The notes under the pieces are model-generated. The model did no database searches. It had not been told where the DNA came from and saw only the letters and a list, made by a program, of their open reading frames with translations. Of a stretch of DNA of 47,260 nt, positions 11,080 to 22,694 are shown piece after piece (the stretch's first letter is position 1; every line of letters begins with the position of its first letter). A program made the translations under genes and the position numbers. This DNA comes from Malacoraja senta. Lineage: Eukaryota. The DNA lies in assembly GCA_038087875.1 (NCBI GenBank), contig JAXLNO010000277.1:1-47260 (forward strand), in the 5' to 3' direction.

Positions 11080-11608
11080 CACCCTGCTTGAAATGGTCTC
11101 AAACTGCATTTGAATGTGGCGACCTTGCACCCTGCATGAAATGGTATGAAACTGTATTTGAATTTGGTGGCCTTGCACCCTGCATGAAATGGTATGAAAC
11201 TGCATTTGTATTTGGTGGCCTTGCACCCTGCATGAAATGGTATGAAACTGCATTTGAATTTGGTGGCCTTGCACCCTGCTTGAAATGTCATGAAACTGCA
11301 CTTGAATTTGGTGGCCTTGCACCCTGCTTGAAATGGCATGAAACTGCACTTGCATTTGGTGGCCTTGCACCCTGCTTGAAATGGCATGAAACTGCACTTG
11401 AATTTGGTGGCCTTGCACCCTGCTTGAGGTGGCATGAAACTGCTCTTGAATTTGGTGGTCTCGCACCCTGCTTGCTGACATGAAACTGCACTTGAATTTG
11501 TTGGCCTTCCACCCTGCTTGAAGTGGCATGAAACTGCACTTGAGTTTGGTGGCCTTCCACCCTGCTTGAAGTGGCATGAAACTGCACTTGAGTTTGGTGG
11601 CCTTGCAT
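11080..11608. repeat. Minisatellite, 48-bp unit, ~11 copies
   Basis: GCACCCTGCTTGAAATGGCATGAAACTGCACTTGAATTTGGTGGCCTT. Confidence 0.95.
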
Positions 11609-11630
11609 CAAGGAAAATGTAGAACAGATC

Positions 11631-11701
11631 ACTAGACCAAGTGGGACCCGTTGGGTCCCATGTTCACACGGGAGGGCTGGTCCCCCAATGCAATATTCCA
11701 C
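11631..11701 (-). mobile_element. Helitron 3' end (hairpin + CTAG|T), interrupted by Rex1 and resuming at ~16023-16055
   Basis: Minus strand reads GGGACCC-AAC-GGGTCCC, then ACTTGGT-CTAG-T. Confidence 0.75.
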
Positions 11702-12642
11702 TTCAAGTTCAAGTTCAAGTGAGTTTATTGTCATGTGTCCCTGATAGGACAATGAAATTCTTGCTTTACTTCAACACAACAGAACATAGTAGGCATTGAC
11801 TACAAAACAGATCAGTGTGTCCATATACCATTCTATAAATATATACACACATGAATAAATAAACTGATCAAGTGCAATTAACAGTTAATGGGCTATTAAA
11901 GTTCAGAGTTTTGTCCGAGCCAGGTTTAATAGCCTGATGGCTGTGGGGAAGTAGCTATTCCTGAACCTGGTCATTGCAGTCTTCAGGCTCCTGTACTTTC
12001 TACCTGAAGGTAGTAGGGAGATGAGTGTGTGGCCAGGATGGTGTGGGTCCTTGATGATACTGCCAGCCTTTTCGAGGCAGCGCCTGCGATAGATCCCTTC
12101 GATGGAAGGGAGGTCAGAGCCGATGATGGACTGGGCAGTGTTTACTACTTTTTGTAGTCTTTTCCTCTCCAGGGCGCTCAAGTTGCCGAACCAAGCCACG
12201 ATGCAACCAGTCAGCATGCTCTCTACTGTGCACCTGTAGAAGTTAGAAAGAGTCCTCCTTGACAAACCGACTCTCCGTAATCTTCTCAGGAAGTAGAGGC
12301 GCTTATGTGCTTGCTTAATAATGGCATCAGTGTTCTCGGACCAGGAAAGATCTTCAGAGATGTGCATGCCCAGGAATTTGAAGCTCATGACCCTTTCAAC
12401 CATCGACCCGTTGATATAAACGGGACTGTGGGTCCCCATCCTACTCCTTCCAAAGTCCACAATCAGTTCCTTGGTTTTGCTGGTGTTGAGGGCCAGGTTA
12501 TTGAGCTGGCACCATATGGACAGTTGCTCGATCTCTCTTCTATACTCTGACTCATCGCCATCAGTGATACATCCCACAACAGTGGTGTCGTCAGCAAACT
12601 TGATGATGGAGTTCGCACTATCACCGGCTAATAGTCATGAGT

Positions 12643-13465
12643 ATAATAATAATAATAATAATAAGTTTATTTATATAGCACATTTTCCAATTGAATTAAA
12701 TCAAAAGCCAAAGTGCTTTACAGTTAACTAACCATACAAATAATAAAAAGAGATAGAAAAAAAGACAACACACTATAAGAGATTTTACACAAACACGAAC
12801 ATCCCCCCACAGTAGAATCTACACTCTCCACTGTGAGGGAAGGCACTAAAATGTCCAGTCCTCCTCCTCCTCGTCCACCCGAGGTCGGGGCCAGTCTGAG
12901 GCCACTGCAGCCAGCCGCTGCAACGGCAGCCCGATGTTGTCTGCCCACCCGCATCGGGTGGAAAAGTCCTCAGCAGCTTGAAAATGTCTGAAGCGGCCGC
13001 TCCTTCCCCGGAGACTGCGACGCCCGCGGACTTCAGGCCGCGCCGGTTGGAGCTTCGACTCCGCAGTGTTCCTGATCCAGCGTCGCCCGCCCGCGGCGGG
13101 ATGCCCTCAAACCACAGACCGCGGCTGCCCGATGTTGGTGGTCGGCGGCCACAGCACTCCGGAGCGGCGACCCGGCAAGGCATCGCCCGCTCCCCGTTGG
13201 TGTCCCAGCACTGTGCCGCCGAAGCTGTGGTCCCCGGCAGGAACGCCGCTCCAGCCCGATGGAAGGCCGCATGGGGAGATCGGAGACGCGATTAGGAGGA
13301 AAACCGCATCTCCGACCAGGTAGGACTGGGGTTAAAACAGTTCCCTCCCACATAGAAAGAATAGACTCCAATAAAAAAAATGTTTCAGACAATAAAAAAG
13401 TTAGACGACGGACTGCAGGCAGGCTGCCATACAAACGGCGCCCACTCCTGCACATCCGCCATCTT
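12643..13465 (-). mobile_element. GC-rich non-coding retroposed element, copy A, (TTA)n tail
   Basis: Shares CCTGGTCGG, GGAGCGGC, GGGCGATGCC and GTGCCTTCCC.CACAGTG motifs with copies B-D; interrupts the Rex1 RT. Confidence 0.7.
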
Positions 13466-14177
13466 AGGAAGGGTGAGTATAGCAGGGGGCTGAGTATAGA
13501 GTGAGTATAGCAGGGGGCTGAGCACGCAGCCTTGAGGTGCTCCCGCGCTGATTGTTATCGAGTCTGACACATTTCCACCAATATGAACAAACTGTGGTCT
13601 GAGAGTGAGGAAGTCGAGGATCCAATTGCAGAGGGCTGCGCAGAGACCCAGTTCTGCGAGTTTGGTAACCAGCTTGGAGGGGATGATTGTATTAAATGCC
13701 GAGCTGTAATCGATGAATAACAGCCTGACATATGAGTTGTTGTTGTCCAAGAGGTCCACAGCGGAGTGGAGGGCCAGTGAGATCGCATCCACCGTTGATC
13801 TGTTGTGGCGGTAAGCGAACTGCAGTGGGTCCTGGTTTTTGTCAGTAGGATTTGATCTGCGCCATGATCAACCTCTCAAAGCACTTCATCACCACAGGCG
13901 TTAGTGCCACAGGTCGATAGTCATTGAGGCACGTCACCTTACTCTTCTTGGGCACTGGTATAATTGATGCCCTTTTGAAGCAGGTGGGAACCTCAAACCT
14001 CAGAAGTGAGAGGTTGAAAATGTCCATAAAAACTCCAGCCAGTTGGTCCTCATAGATATTTAGAACACGACTGGGTATACCATCAGGTCCAGGCGCTTTT
14101 CGAGGGTTCACCCCTCTGAAGGATTTCCTGACGTCGGCCTCTGTGACTGAGACTGAACTACCATCACAGCGAATGGG

Positions 14178-15093
14178 TGGAAGTGTGAACTGTGAATAGG
14201 ATTTTAGGAGGTTGCAGGGTCACCTGGACAGGTTGAGCGAGTGGGCAGATGCGTGGCAGATGCAGTATAATATAAATAAATGTGAGGTTATCCACTTTGG
14301 CGGCAAAAACAAGGGGGCAGATTATTATCTCAATGGGGTTAGGTTAGGTAAGGGGGAGGTGCAGCAAGACCTGGGCGTCCTTGTACACCGGTCACTGAAA
14401 GTTGGCTTACAAGTACAGCAGGCAGTAAAGAAAGCTAATGGAATGTTGGCCTTCATAACAAGAGGATTTCAGTATAGGAGTAAAGAGGTTCTTCTGCAGT
14501 TGTATAGGGTTCTGGTGAGACCACATCTGGAGCATGGTGTACAGTTTTGGTCTCCTAATTTGAGGAAGGACATCCTTGTGATTGAGGCAGTGCAGCGCAG
14601 GTTCACGAGATTGATCCCTGGGATGGCGGGACTGTCATATGAGGAAAGATTGGAAAGACTAGGCTTGTATTCACTGGAGTTTAGAAGGATAAGGGGGGAT
14701 CTTATAGAAAAATATAAAATTATAAAAGGACTGGACAAGCTAGATGCAGGAAAAATGTTCCCAATTTTGGGCGAGTCCAGAACCAGTGGCCACAGTCTTA
14801 GAATAAAGTGGAGGTCATTTAAGACTGAGGTGAGAAAAAACATTTTCACCCAGAGAGTTGTGAATTTATGGAATTCCCTGCCACAGAGGGCAGTGGAGGC
14901 CAAATCACTGGATGGATTTAAGAGAGAGTTAGATAGAGCTCTAGGGGCTAGTGGAGTCAAGGGATATGGGGAGAAGGCAGGCACGGGTTATTGATAGGGG
15001 ACTATCAGCCATGATCATAATGAATGGTGGTGCTGGCTCTAAGGGCCGAATGGCCTCCTCATGCACCTATTTTCTATGTTTCTATGTTTCTAT
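14178..15093 (+). mobile_element. 5'-truncated CR1 (open ORF2 C-terminus 14212-14994) inserted in Rex1
   Basis: RPHLEHGVQFWSP, FTQRVVNLWNSLP; (TTTCTATG)n tail; target-site duplication (TSD) GAATGGG at 14171-14177 and 15094-15100. Confidence 0.92.
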
Positions 15094-16077
15094 GAATGGG
15101 GGCTCGGGAAGGCACATCGGTGTTCACCCTATCAAAGCATGCGTAAAACGCATTGAGCTCATCAGGGAGTGATGTTTTGCCGACATTCGAGCTGCCTCCT
15201 GGTTTCGCCTTGTAGGAGGTGATTGCATTCAGGCCCTGCCACAGCCGCCGAACATCTGTCTCTTCCTCCAGTTTGGAGCAGAAGTCCCTTTTGGCCTTTT
15301 TGATGGCCTTACCAAGGTCGTATCTGGACATCTTGTAGACCACTGCATCATCACACATGAATGCCCAGTGTTTGGTCTTGAGGAGAGAGCGGATCTCAAA
15401 GTTCATCCAAGGTTTCTGATTGGTAAGGTTTTTGTAGGGATGCAGTCCTCCACACATTTCTTAATGAAGTCAGTAATGACTGTGTTGTATTCGTTCAAGT
15501 CCGTTGCCGAGTCCTTGAACATTGCCCAGTCTACAGACTCCAAACAGTCCTGTAGTTGTTCCTCTGCCTCCCCCGACCAGCTCTGTACTGTCCTCACCTC
15601 TGGGGGTGCGCTCTTTAATTGCTGCCTGTAGGCAGGAAGAAGCAGCACCACGGTATGGTCGGATTTACCGAAGTGAGGGCGAGGGATACAGCGATAGGCA
15701 TTCTTGATGGTGGTGTAGCAGTGGTCGAGGGTGTTTGGTCCTCTGGTGCAGCAGGAGACATGTTGGTGAAAGTTAGGGAGTGATTTCTTTAGGTTTGCCT
15801 TATTGAAGTCCCCAGCAATGGTGGTAACTGCCTCGGGGTGAGACGTCTGGTGTTTGTTGACCACGGCGTGCAGCTCCTCCAGTGCCAGACGGACGTCTAC
15901 CTGGGGTGGGATGTAGACCGCGGTCAGATGATGGAGGTGAATTCCCTCGGAAGGTAGAAGGGACGGCACTTCACCGCCAGATGTTCGAGGTGTGGAGAGC
16001 AGGAGTTGAACAAACATGGATTGTCCCCAACGCAATATTACACCTCTCCACCAATGACGAAATACCATGGAACTAAG

Positions 16078-16170
16078 ATAGAAACAAAAAGCTGGAGTAA
16101 CTCAGCGGGACAGGCAGCATCTCTGGAGAGAAGAAATGGGTGACGTTTCGGGTCGAGACCCTCTTCAGAT
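16078..16170 (-). mobile_element. Penelope-derived short element with a hammerhead core
   Basis: Minus strand CTGAAGA-GGGTC-TC-GACCC-GAAAC-GTC...GCTGAGTTACTCCAGC, homologous to 36415-36510. Confidence 0.75.
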
Positions 16171-16835
16171 GGAACTGAGAAACATTTTACCTAAGTATAA
16201 AATGACTACAAGCCTATGTTGTTGTGTTATTCTTCATCATGAGGACCTAGTCACTTAGATGAATGTGTTGTTTTGGGAAACCTGCCATAGCATTGAGTAC
16301 AGACACAGACATCCTGAGGGGTAAAAGACAAGTCTGCAAGGCTGCCAAGGACAAACAACCTGACTTTTACTGAAAAGAAGACCTGAAGCAATATATGTCA
16401 AATGGTATTCATGCCACAGGCAACTACATAGAAGAAGACTGTAAATCACAAACATCAGCTGGAAGAGGATAAGCCTGGTGCTCGGTGGTGCAAGGGGAGG
16501 AATTACGTAATGTCTGGAGCACATAATGTCTAGTGTATGAAAATGATTATCTGCTTAAGCAGACCAATGTACTGAGACTGAACATGGAAGTTCACAAATT
16601 ACAGCTTTTGTGATTGGACTCAGAAAATAAGTAATTGACAAAGAAACTGTGAGACTACACAAAACTAGCTTCTAAGAGAACCATATTTTGGCGATGTTAA
16701 AATAAATAGATTACACAAGCTACTGAATAATTTACAAGAGATGTTTTTTGTATGGTCATCTTATCTGAAAGATAGAGCAGAAACAGTGTTCAATTCAAAA
16801 TAGCAAATACAGGTGAAATTGAAGCTTTTCATCTT

Positions 16836-17079
16836 TTTTTCACCAAAAATAATTTAAATCAATTATTTATTAAAATAATATTTACAATACAAAACAAATA
16901 CCCACCACCAAAGTAAAAATATTCTTAAACATCAATATACTGAAAATTAAACAACTATATTACAATCCTTGTTAAGGATGCATTCCACCACCCGCGGTGC
17001 CCAGCGGTCCCGGAAATCCCCCAGTGGACAGCGCGTAGTCCCTTTCTAATACCACCAGGGTGCGGATGTAACCCCAGAG
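16836..17079 (-). mobile_element. L1/Tx1-like 3' fragment with poly(A) and a 12-bp TSD
   Basis: GCTTTTCATCTT at 16824-16835 and 17080-17091; T-run at the left end; minus strand FRDRWAPR-type C-terminus. Confidence 0.65.
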
Positions 17080-17409
17080 GCTTTTCATCTTGATGGTATC
17101 TCCTGTCACCCAATCATTACATGGAAGACAAAGACAGAAATAAAGGCTATAAGTAATTAATTTTCATAATGGAAACATATATTTTAAATATTGGATTGAG
17201 ACCCATTATCTTTATAAAAATAACTAATTACTTTGTGGGATTTCAGGCAATCAAAGCATTTGCCATGGCATAATGGAGATTACATCCAGTTTCATTGATC
17301 TTTATGTAGAAACAAGGGACGATGGTTTACATAAAGAAAACACAAAATGTTGGAGTAACTCATAATGCAAACATATATTTTAAATATTGTTTTTTAAATT
17401 CCTTTAGAA

Positions 17410-17740
17410 TTCATCCATGATGAGCAAGATGCCCAATCTAAGCTAGTCCAATTTCTATCAATTTGGCCCATATACCTCTGAGCTTTTCCAATCTATGTAC
17501 CTGTCCAAATGTCTTTTACATGTTGTTATTGCACCTGTCTCAACTATATCCTCCAGTGGCTTGCTCCATATATCCACCCCCTTCCATATGAATAAAACTT
17601 CCCTATTAAATCTTCACCTATTCATCTTAAACCTATGCCCTGTATTTCTTGAATCCTCTATCCTGGGAGAAAGTCACAATGTATGCATGTTCTCTCTTCC
17701 CCTCATGATTTCATACGCCTCTATAAGATCACCCTTTAGC
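17410..17740 (-). mobile_element. Old CR1 3' fragment
   Basis: Degenerate similarity to the CR1 ORF2 end and 3' UTR (compare 2400-2660). Confidence 0.6.
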
Positions 17741-18907
17741 AAAAATGTCACCAAAAGCATAATGGTGTAAAAGTTTCTTATTGTAGAGTGGATTCTAATT
17801 GAGAGAAATATCTTGAGACTATGCTGGTTATATTGGTAACGTGATATTGCTGATTTGTTTTGGTGTTATTTAAATATTTTGTTTTTTAATTGATTGGCTC
17901 TGTGCATATCTTTATTCAAATATAAAGTGTTCATATATGGTATCTCATTTCTAGTTGCAGCAAAATATCGCAAACTGGTTTCAGAATCACGTGGACTGGT
18001 TTGAGAATTTAGGTCCTTCAGATCCTTTACAGGAAGAGATGTATTCCTGCAATTTTTAGCAATCTTCTTGCTCTTAAAATAGCACAGTTGGTTGGTATAC
18101 AAGTACTCTTCAAACCTTTTGCATTGGCTTAATATGATATGCTGCCATCTGAAAATTGGTTTACCTTGTTCTGATGTATGTTTCTGGAAGGAGAATTGAT
18201 CAAGAGCATTTTTAAATGGGTCTGGTTTTCACAAGATCACGTTTTCTTCTCTTTGGAAGCGTAGCAACGTGAACTGAATTATAGTTCAGCTTAAGTTCTA
18301 CATCCCTCAGAAATAACTACCTACAATTTCAGAACTAGCAGAATGGTTGATATTGTGCAGCCAAAGAATCAATCCCATAGATCTATACTCAGGGCAAACA
18401 GAAGTGTTTTCATTCAATCAATCTTTCATCTCCAGGAGGGAGAGGGGCCCGATCACCATATAGGTGCATTCTATACATACTTCTTGTACAAAGCACATAC
18501 AGAGGTTCAGTTATCATTTCTTAATCAATAGAAAGCCAAAAGGTGCATCAGTTACTTCTGACAACACTTTCCCCAAGTAATCATAATTTACTCTGGAGAC
18601 CTTTGCTTCTGGTAAATGTAAGAGTGATTTGAAAACAAAACACCCTTTTGATTTAATCAAACAATACTTGATTGTGAACACTCAACAAACACTATACCTT
18701 GCTACACTGAATCTGATGACTGTCTGCTCTTATGCAAGCATGTCTTTACATTATTTTCCTGACAGTGTCTATTTCTCTCAGAAGAGACCCATAATCTCTT
18801 TACCACATTATTTAAGAACCTTCTATCCTGGGAATTGGGCCGTTATCTTAAATCCTATACATTTGGCAATAACACAATTGACACCAAATCAATCAAGTCC
18901 AACCGAA

Positions 18908-18995
18908 TAGACACAAATGCTGGAGTAACTCAGCAGGTCAGGCAGCATCTCTAGAGAAAAGGAATAGGTGACATTTCGGGTCGAGACCTTCACAA
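18908..18995 (-). mobile_element. Penelope-derived short element (degenerate hammerhead)
   Basis: GCTGGAGTAACTCAGC...TTTCGGGTCGAGACC, as at 16090-16160. Confidence 0.7.
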
Positions 18996-19280
18996 TCTTC
19001 AACTCTGTTGCTCTACTTATTGTTTTGGTCTCCCAGGCCCCTAATTAGCATGGAATTGCTGAAAATACTACTATAACCTGTGACTTCTAATGAAGAGAGA
19101 TTATCTTTCAGAAAGCATTTCAATGGACTGTTTATTCATACAGCTGACCTTTATAGTGCAGCTAAAGAACCCAAGTCCAATATTGGACTGATTATTGGGC
19201 ATTGTAATAATCGATGCAGCATCATGGGGATGAAGACCAGCAATTTGATGATAGAGGCTTGCACTACATGTGTATTGCGG

Positions 19281-19590
19281 CATGGTGGCACAATGGTAGA
19301 GTTGCTGTCGTACAGCGCTTGGAGCACCGGAGACCCGGGTTTGATCCAGACTACGGGTGTTGCCTGTACAGAGTTTATACATTCTCCCCGAGACTGCGTG
19401 GGTTTTCTCCGAGATCTTCGGTTTCCTCCCACACTCCAAAGATAAACAGGCTTGTAGGTAAATTGGCTTGGTATAAGTGTAAAAATTGTCACTAGTAAGT
19501 GTAGATAGTGTGAATGTGTGGGGATCGCTGGTCGGTGCAGAATCGGTGGGCCGAAGGGCCTGTTTCCGCACTGTATCTCTAAACTAAACT
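19281..19590 (+). mobile_element. tRNA-derived V-SINE (HE1-like)
   Basis: A box TGGCACAATGG, B box GGTTTGATCC, V-domain TGCGTGGGTTTTCTCC...TTCCTCCCACACTCCAAAGA, CR1-like tail GGGCCGAAGGGCCTGTTTC and (TAAAC)n. Confidence 0.85.
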
Positions 19591-19928
19591 ACATCGAAGA
19601 GGATGTTGGAATCAAAGTCTGGCAACATGCTTGGAATAGCAAGTCTGGAGGCTGGAAGTATATGAAAATAAGAGGGAGGGTGGGTGAAACCAGATATGGT
19701 GACCTCATTCACCAAGCTTCCACTCCAGCTCTATCCTGCTTCTGGCAATGTTGCGAAGTTAGTAGATACATTTCCATCCCAAAATGTAGACATGTCATTT
19801 GCATTTGCACAATGCATACTTAGTTATGAATTGCAACTCTGATGTAAGCACTATAGAAATTTAGGAAAACCGGTGGTTTTCGATAATGGTTAATCGATAA
19901 TGTTTTATTATTAATGTTTAATGTTTTA

Positions 19929-21883
19929 CTAGACCAGGTACAGACTCGTTGGGACCATCCCCCAAAGCATTATTCCACGACTGACCCATAGCCCCCAACT
20001 GCGCAGGCGCGGCTGAGGTGTTCCCATTGTGACACCAGAGATCTCTGTTGTGACGCGAGTCACGGCAACCCTCCACCAACTGCGCCTCGCCATCCCTCTT
20101 CCTACCCCTATCCTCCTCCATCCACCCCTCATCCCCCAGCACTCCCTCCCCCTCTTCATCCTCCCTCTTCTTTCCCCTCTCCTCCTCCCCTTCGCACTCC
20201 CTCCCTCACCTCCCTCTCATTTCCCCTAACCTCAGTCACCCTTCCTCCCTCCATAACCCCTCTCCCCTCCCTACTCCCCTCCTCTCCCTCTATCCCCCCT
20301 CCTCCCGCACTCTCACTCCTCCCCTCCCCCACTTTCCCCTCCCTCTCCCCCCCTACACCCTCCTCTCGTCCCCCCTATCCCAACCCCCCACAATGAAAAT
20401 CACAGGTTGTTTTTAATGAAATGTACCCCCATCCCATCCCCCCCCACAATGAAAATCACAATGTTTTTTTTTAATGAAATTTCCCCCCTATCTGACCCCC
20501 CACAATGATAATGGTGATTTTTATTTTTAAATAACCTAAACACAATGTTAGCTGTTAATGAAAATGGAAGAATTTGATTAAAACTGTTTTTTTTGGAAAA
20601 TCACGATTTTTTATGTAAATGAGATTCGGGATCCCATTGTGACGTCATTCTGATGTTGAATGCAGCTGATGGGCAGGGCAAGTGGAAAAGTGATTTTGTA
20701 AAGTTTTAAAAGTCAATAACTTGTAAAATATAACATCAATCTGAACGAAACTTGTTTCTTTTACATCCCAGGACAATGATGATGATGATGAATTTTATTT
20801 ACGGGCGCCTTATACCGAGGTCTCAAGGACACCATACAGAGATTTATAGGAAACATATAATCAGAATTTAAAAAATAAGTTATAAAGACCAATACACAAA
20901 TCAGGGACAGAATTCCTTCCAAAAACACAAAAAATAAAATCAGAAGCACAATTTGAGGAGAGAGCAGCGGCAACGAAACCGCGCCAGCGTCCACTCTCCC
21001 CTCCGACCGCCATCTTGAACACAGACTGACAAATACAATTACAAACAATTACATACAAAAATCATCCCCCCACAATGATTTCCACTGTGGGGGAAGGCAC
21101 AATGTCCAGTCCCCAGCCCCAGTTCAACCAAAAAGTCAGGCCAAATGAGGCCCCCGCTATTGCCTCTACGGAGGCCCGATGATCCTGGCCGTTCTCGCCG
21201 GGTGATGTAGCCCCGGCGTCGGGAGAGTCCTCCAGCAGCTGGGCCACCTGGAACGGCCGCATCCCTCACCGGATGCCGCAACTACGGCTGGAACGGCAAT
21301 TTTCCCGCAGGCGTCCGCAGCACCCGACAGGGCCGCGCCGATTTGGAGCTCAAGGCTCCCGATGTTGGAGTCGGCGCCGCCGCCCGCGGATGGTCACTCC
21401 AGTCCCGCAGCCCGGAGGTGTTGAGCTCGGCGGTCCAGCTCACCGGAGCTCCAGTGCGTCGGTCCAGCGCGGCGACCCAGGCAAGGCATCGCCCGCTCCG
21501 CTGCACAATAGCGCTCCAGCGCCGTGCCGCCACCGAAGCTGAGGGTGCTGTGCGGTCCCCGTCGGGAAACGCCGCTCCACGCCCGCTGGTAGGCCGCGAG
21601 GACGGGTCGACTGGGCAGCCGGAGAGAAGGTTGCCTCACCGACCAGGTAGGGACCGGGAAGTTATTTCTCCTTGATCCCCCCACATCAAAAGGCAAAATA
21701 AATAAAAACAAAGACTTAAAGAAAACTAAAAAACTTGGAAAAAAAGTACAATTAACGGACGGCTGCTGTTTGGCAGCCGTTCCTCAAGGTGGACCAAAAA
21801 TTGTAGTGCTATCGTGTACCGTTTTGGCAGGGTTTTGGAATATCATGCACACGCAAACAAACAAGATGAGTTTTAGTAATAAA
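19929..21883 (-). mobile_element. Non-autonomous Helitron (contains copy B insert)
   Basis: 3' CTAG at 19929-19932 with a degenerate hairpin; 5' tip TTTATTACTAAAACTCATCTTG at ~21862-21883. Confidence 0.6.
20776..21795 (-). mobile_element. GC-rich non-coding retroposed element, copy B, (CAT)n tail
   Basis: Same conserved motifs as copies A, C and D. Confidence 0.7.
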
Positions 21884-22129
21884 CTAGACTAAGTGGGACC
21901 TGTTGCGTCCCAGCTTCACACGGGAAGGCTGGTCCCCCAACGCAATATTCCACCTCTCCACCAATTCCAATATTGCTGGCCAGTGCGGGGATGGGCTTGT
22001 GGAGTGCTAGCATGGGTGTTGTGGGTCAAGTCAAGTCAAGAACAGTGATTGCAGGGCAAACAATCCATTTCAATCCATTTCAAGTCAAGTCAATCCATTT
22101 CAAGTCAAGTCAAGTCAAGTCTGTTCAAT

Positions 22130-22595
22130 TCTTCCCTTCCCTCCCACACCACCCTGGGCACTATCCCTTGAAACCGCAAGAGATGCTACACTTGTCGCTT
22201 TACCTCCCACCTCGACTCCATTCAAGGACTCAAGCAGTCATTCCAGGTGTGACAGAGGTTCACTTGCATCTCCTACAACCTCATCTATTGCATCCGCTGC
22301 TCTAGATGTCAGCTGATCTACATCGGTGAGACCAAGCGTAGGGTTAGCGATCGCTTCGCCCAACACCTCCACTCGGTTCGCATTAACCTACCTGATCTCC
22401 CAGTGGCTCAGCACTTCAACTCCCCCTCCCATTCCGAATCCGACCTTTCTGTCCTGGGCCTCCTCCATGGCCAGAGTGAGCACCACCGGAAATTGGAGGA
22501 GCAGCACCTCATAGGCAGTTGGGCAGTTTGCACCCTAGCAGCATAAACATTGACTTCTACAATTTCTGGTAGCCCTTGCTGTCTCCTCCCCTTCT
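22130..22595 (+). mobile_element. Penelope-like element, GIY-YIG endonuclease fragment
   Basis: NLIYCIRCSRCQLIYIGETKR...RFAQH...PVAQHFN...RKLEEQHL. Confidence 0.85.
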
Positions 22596-22694
22596 CAATC
22601 CATTTCAAGTCAATTCAAGTCAAGTCAATCCATTTCAAGTCAAGTCAATCCATTTCATGTCAAGTCAATCCATTTCAAGTCAAGTCAATCAATT

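Larger units (their letters stand above)
11702..16022 (-). mobile_element. Rex1/Babar-type LINE, 5'-truncated, carrying two nested inserts
   Basis: Endonuclease (VYIPP, GDFN, TLDHCY, SDH), RT ([35 protein letters not shown]), C-terminal region (FKFLG, RLYFLRRL); (CTTGAA)n tail; ~21-bp flanking duplication at 11680-11701 and 16023-16043. Confidence 0.9.

Noticed and set aside
11080..11608. CRISPR-like array or repeat protein (GGLAPCLKWHETALEF)n
   Set aside because: Units are contiguous with no unique spacers and there are no cas genes. The ORF arises because the unit is 48 bp, a multiple of 3.
13310..13330. U1 snRNA-derived head (CCTACCTGG)
   Set aside because: Only ~8 nt of similarity, with no Sm site or other U1 stems
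12724..13504. Protein-coding ORFs in the GC-rich retroposon copies
   Set aside because: No reading frame is conserved among the four copies; ORFs reflect GC content
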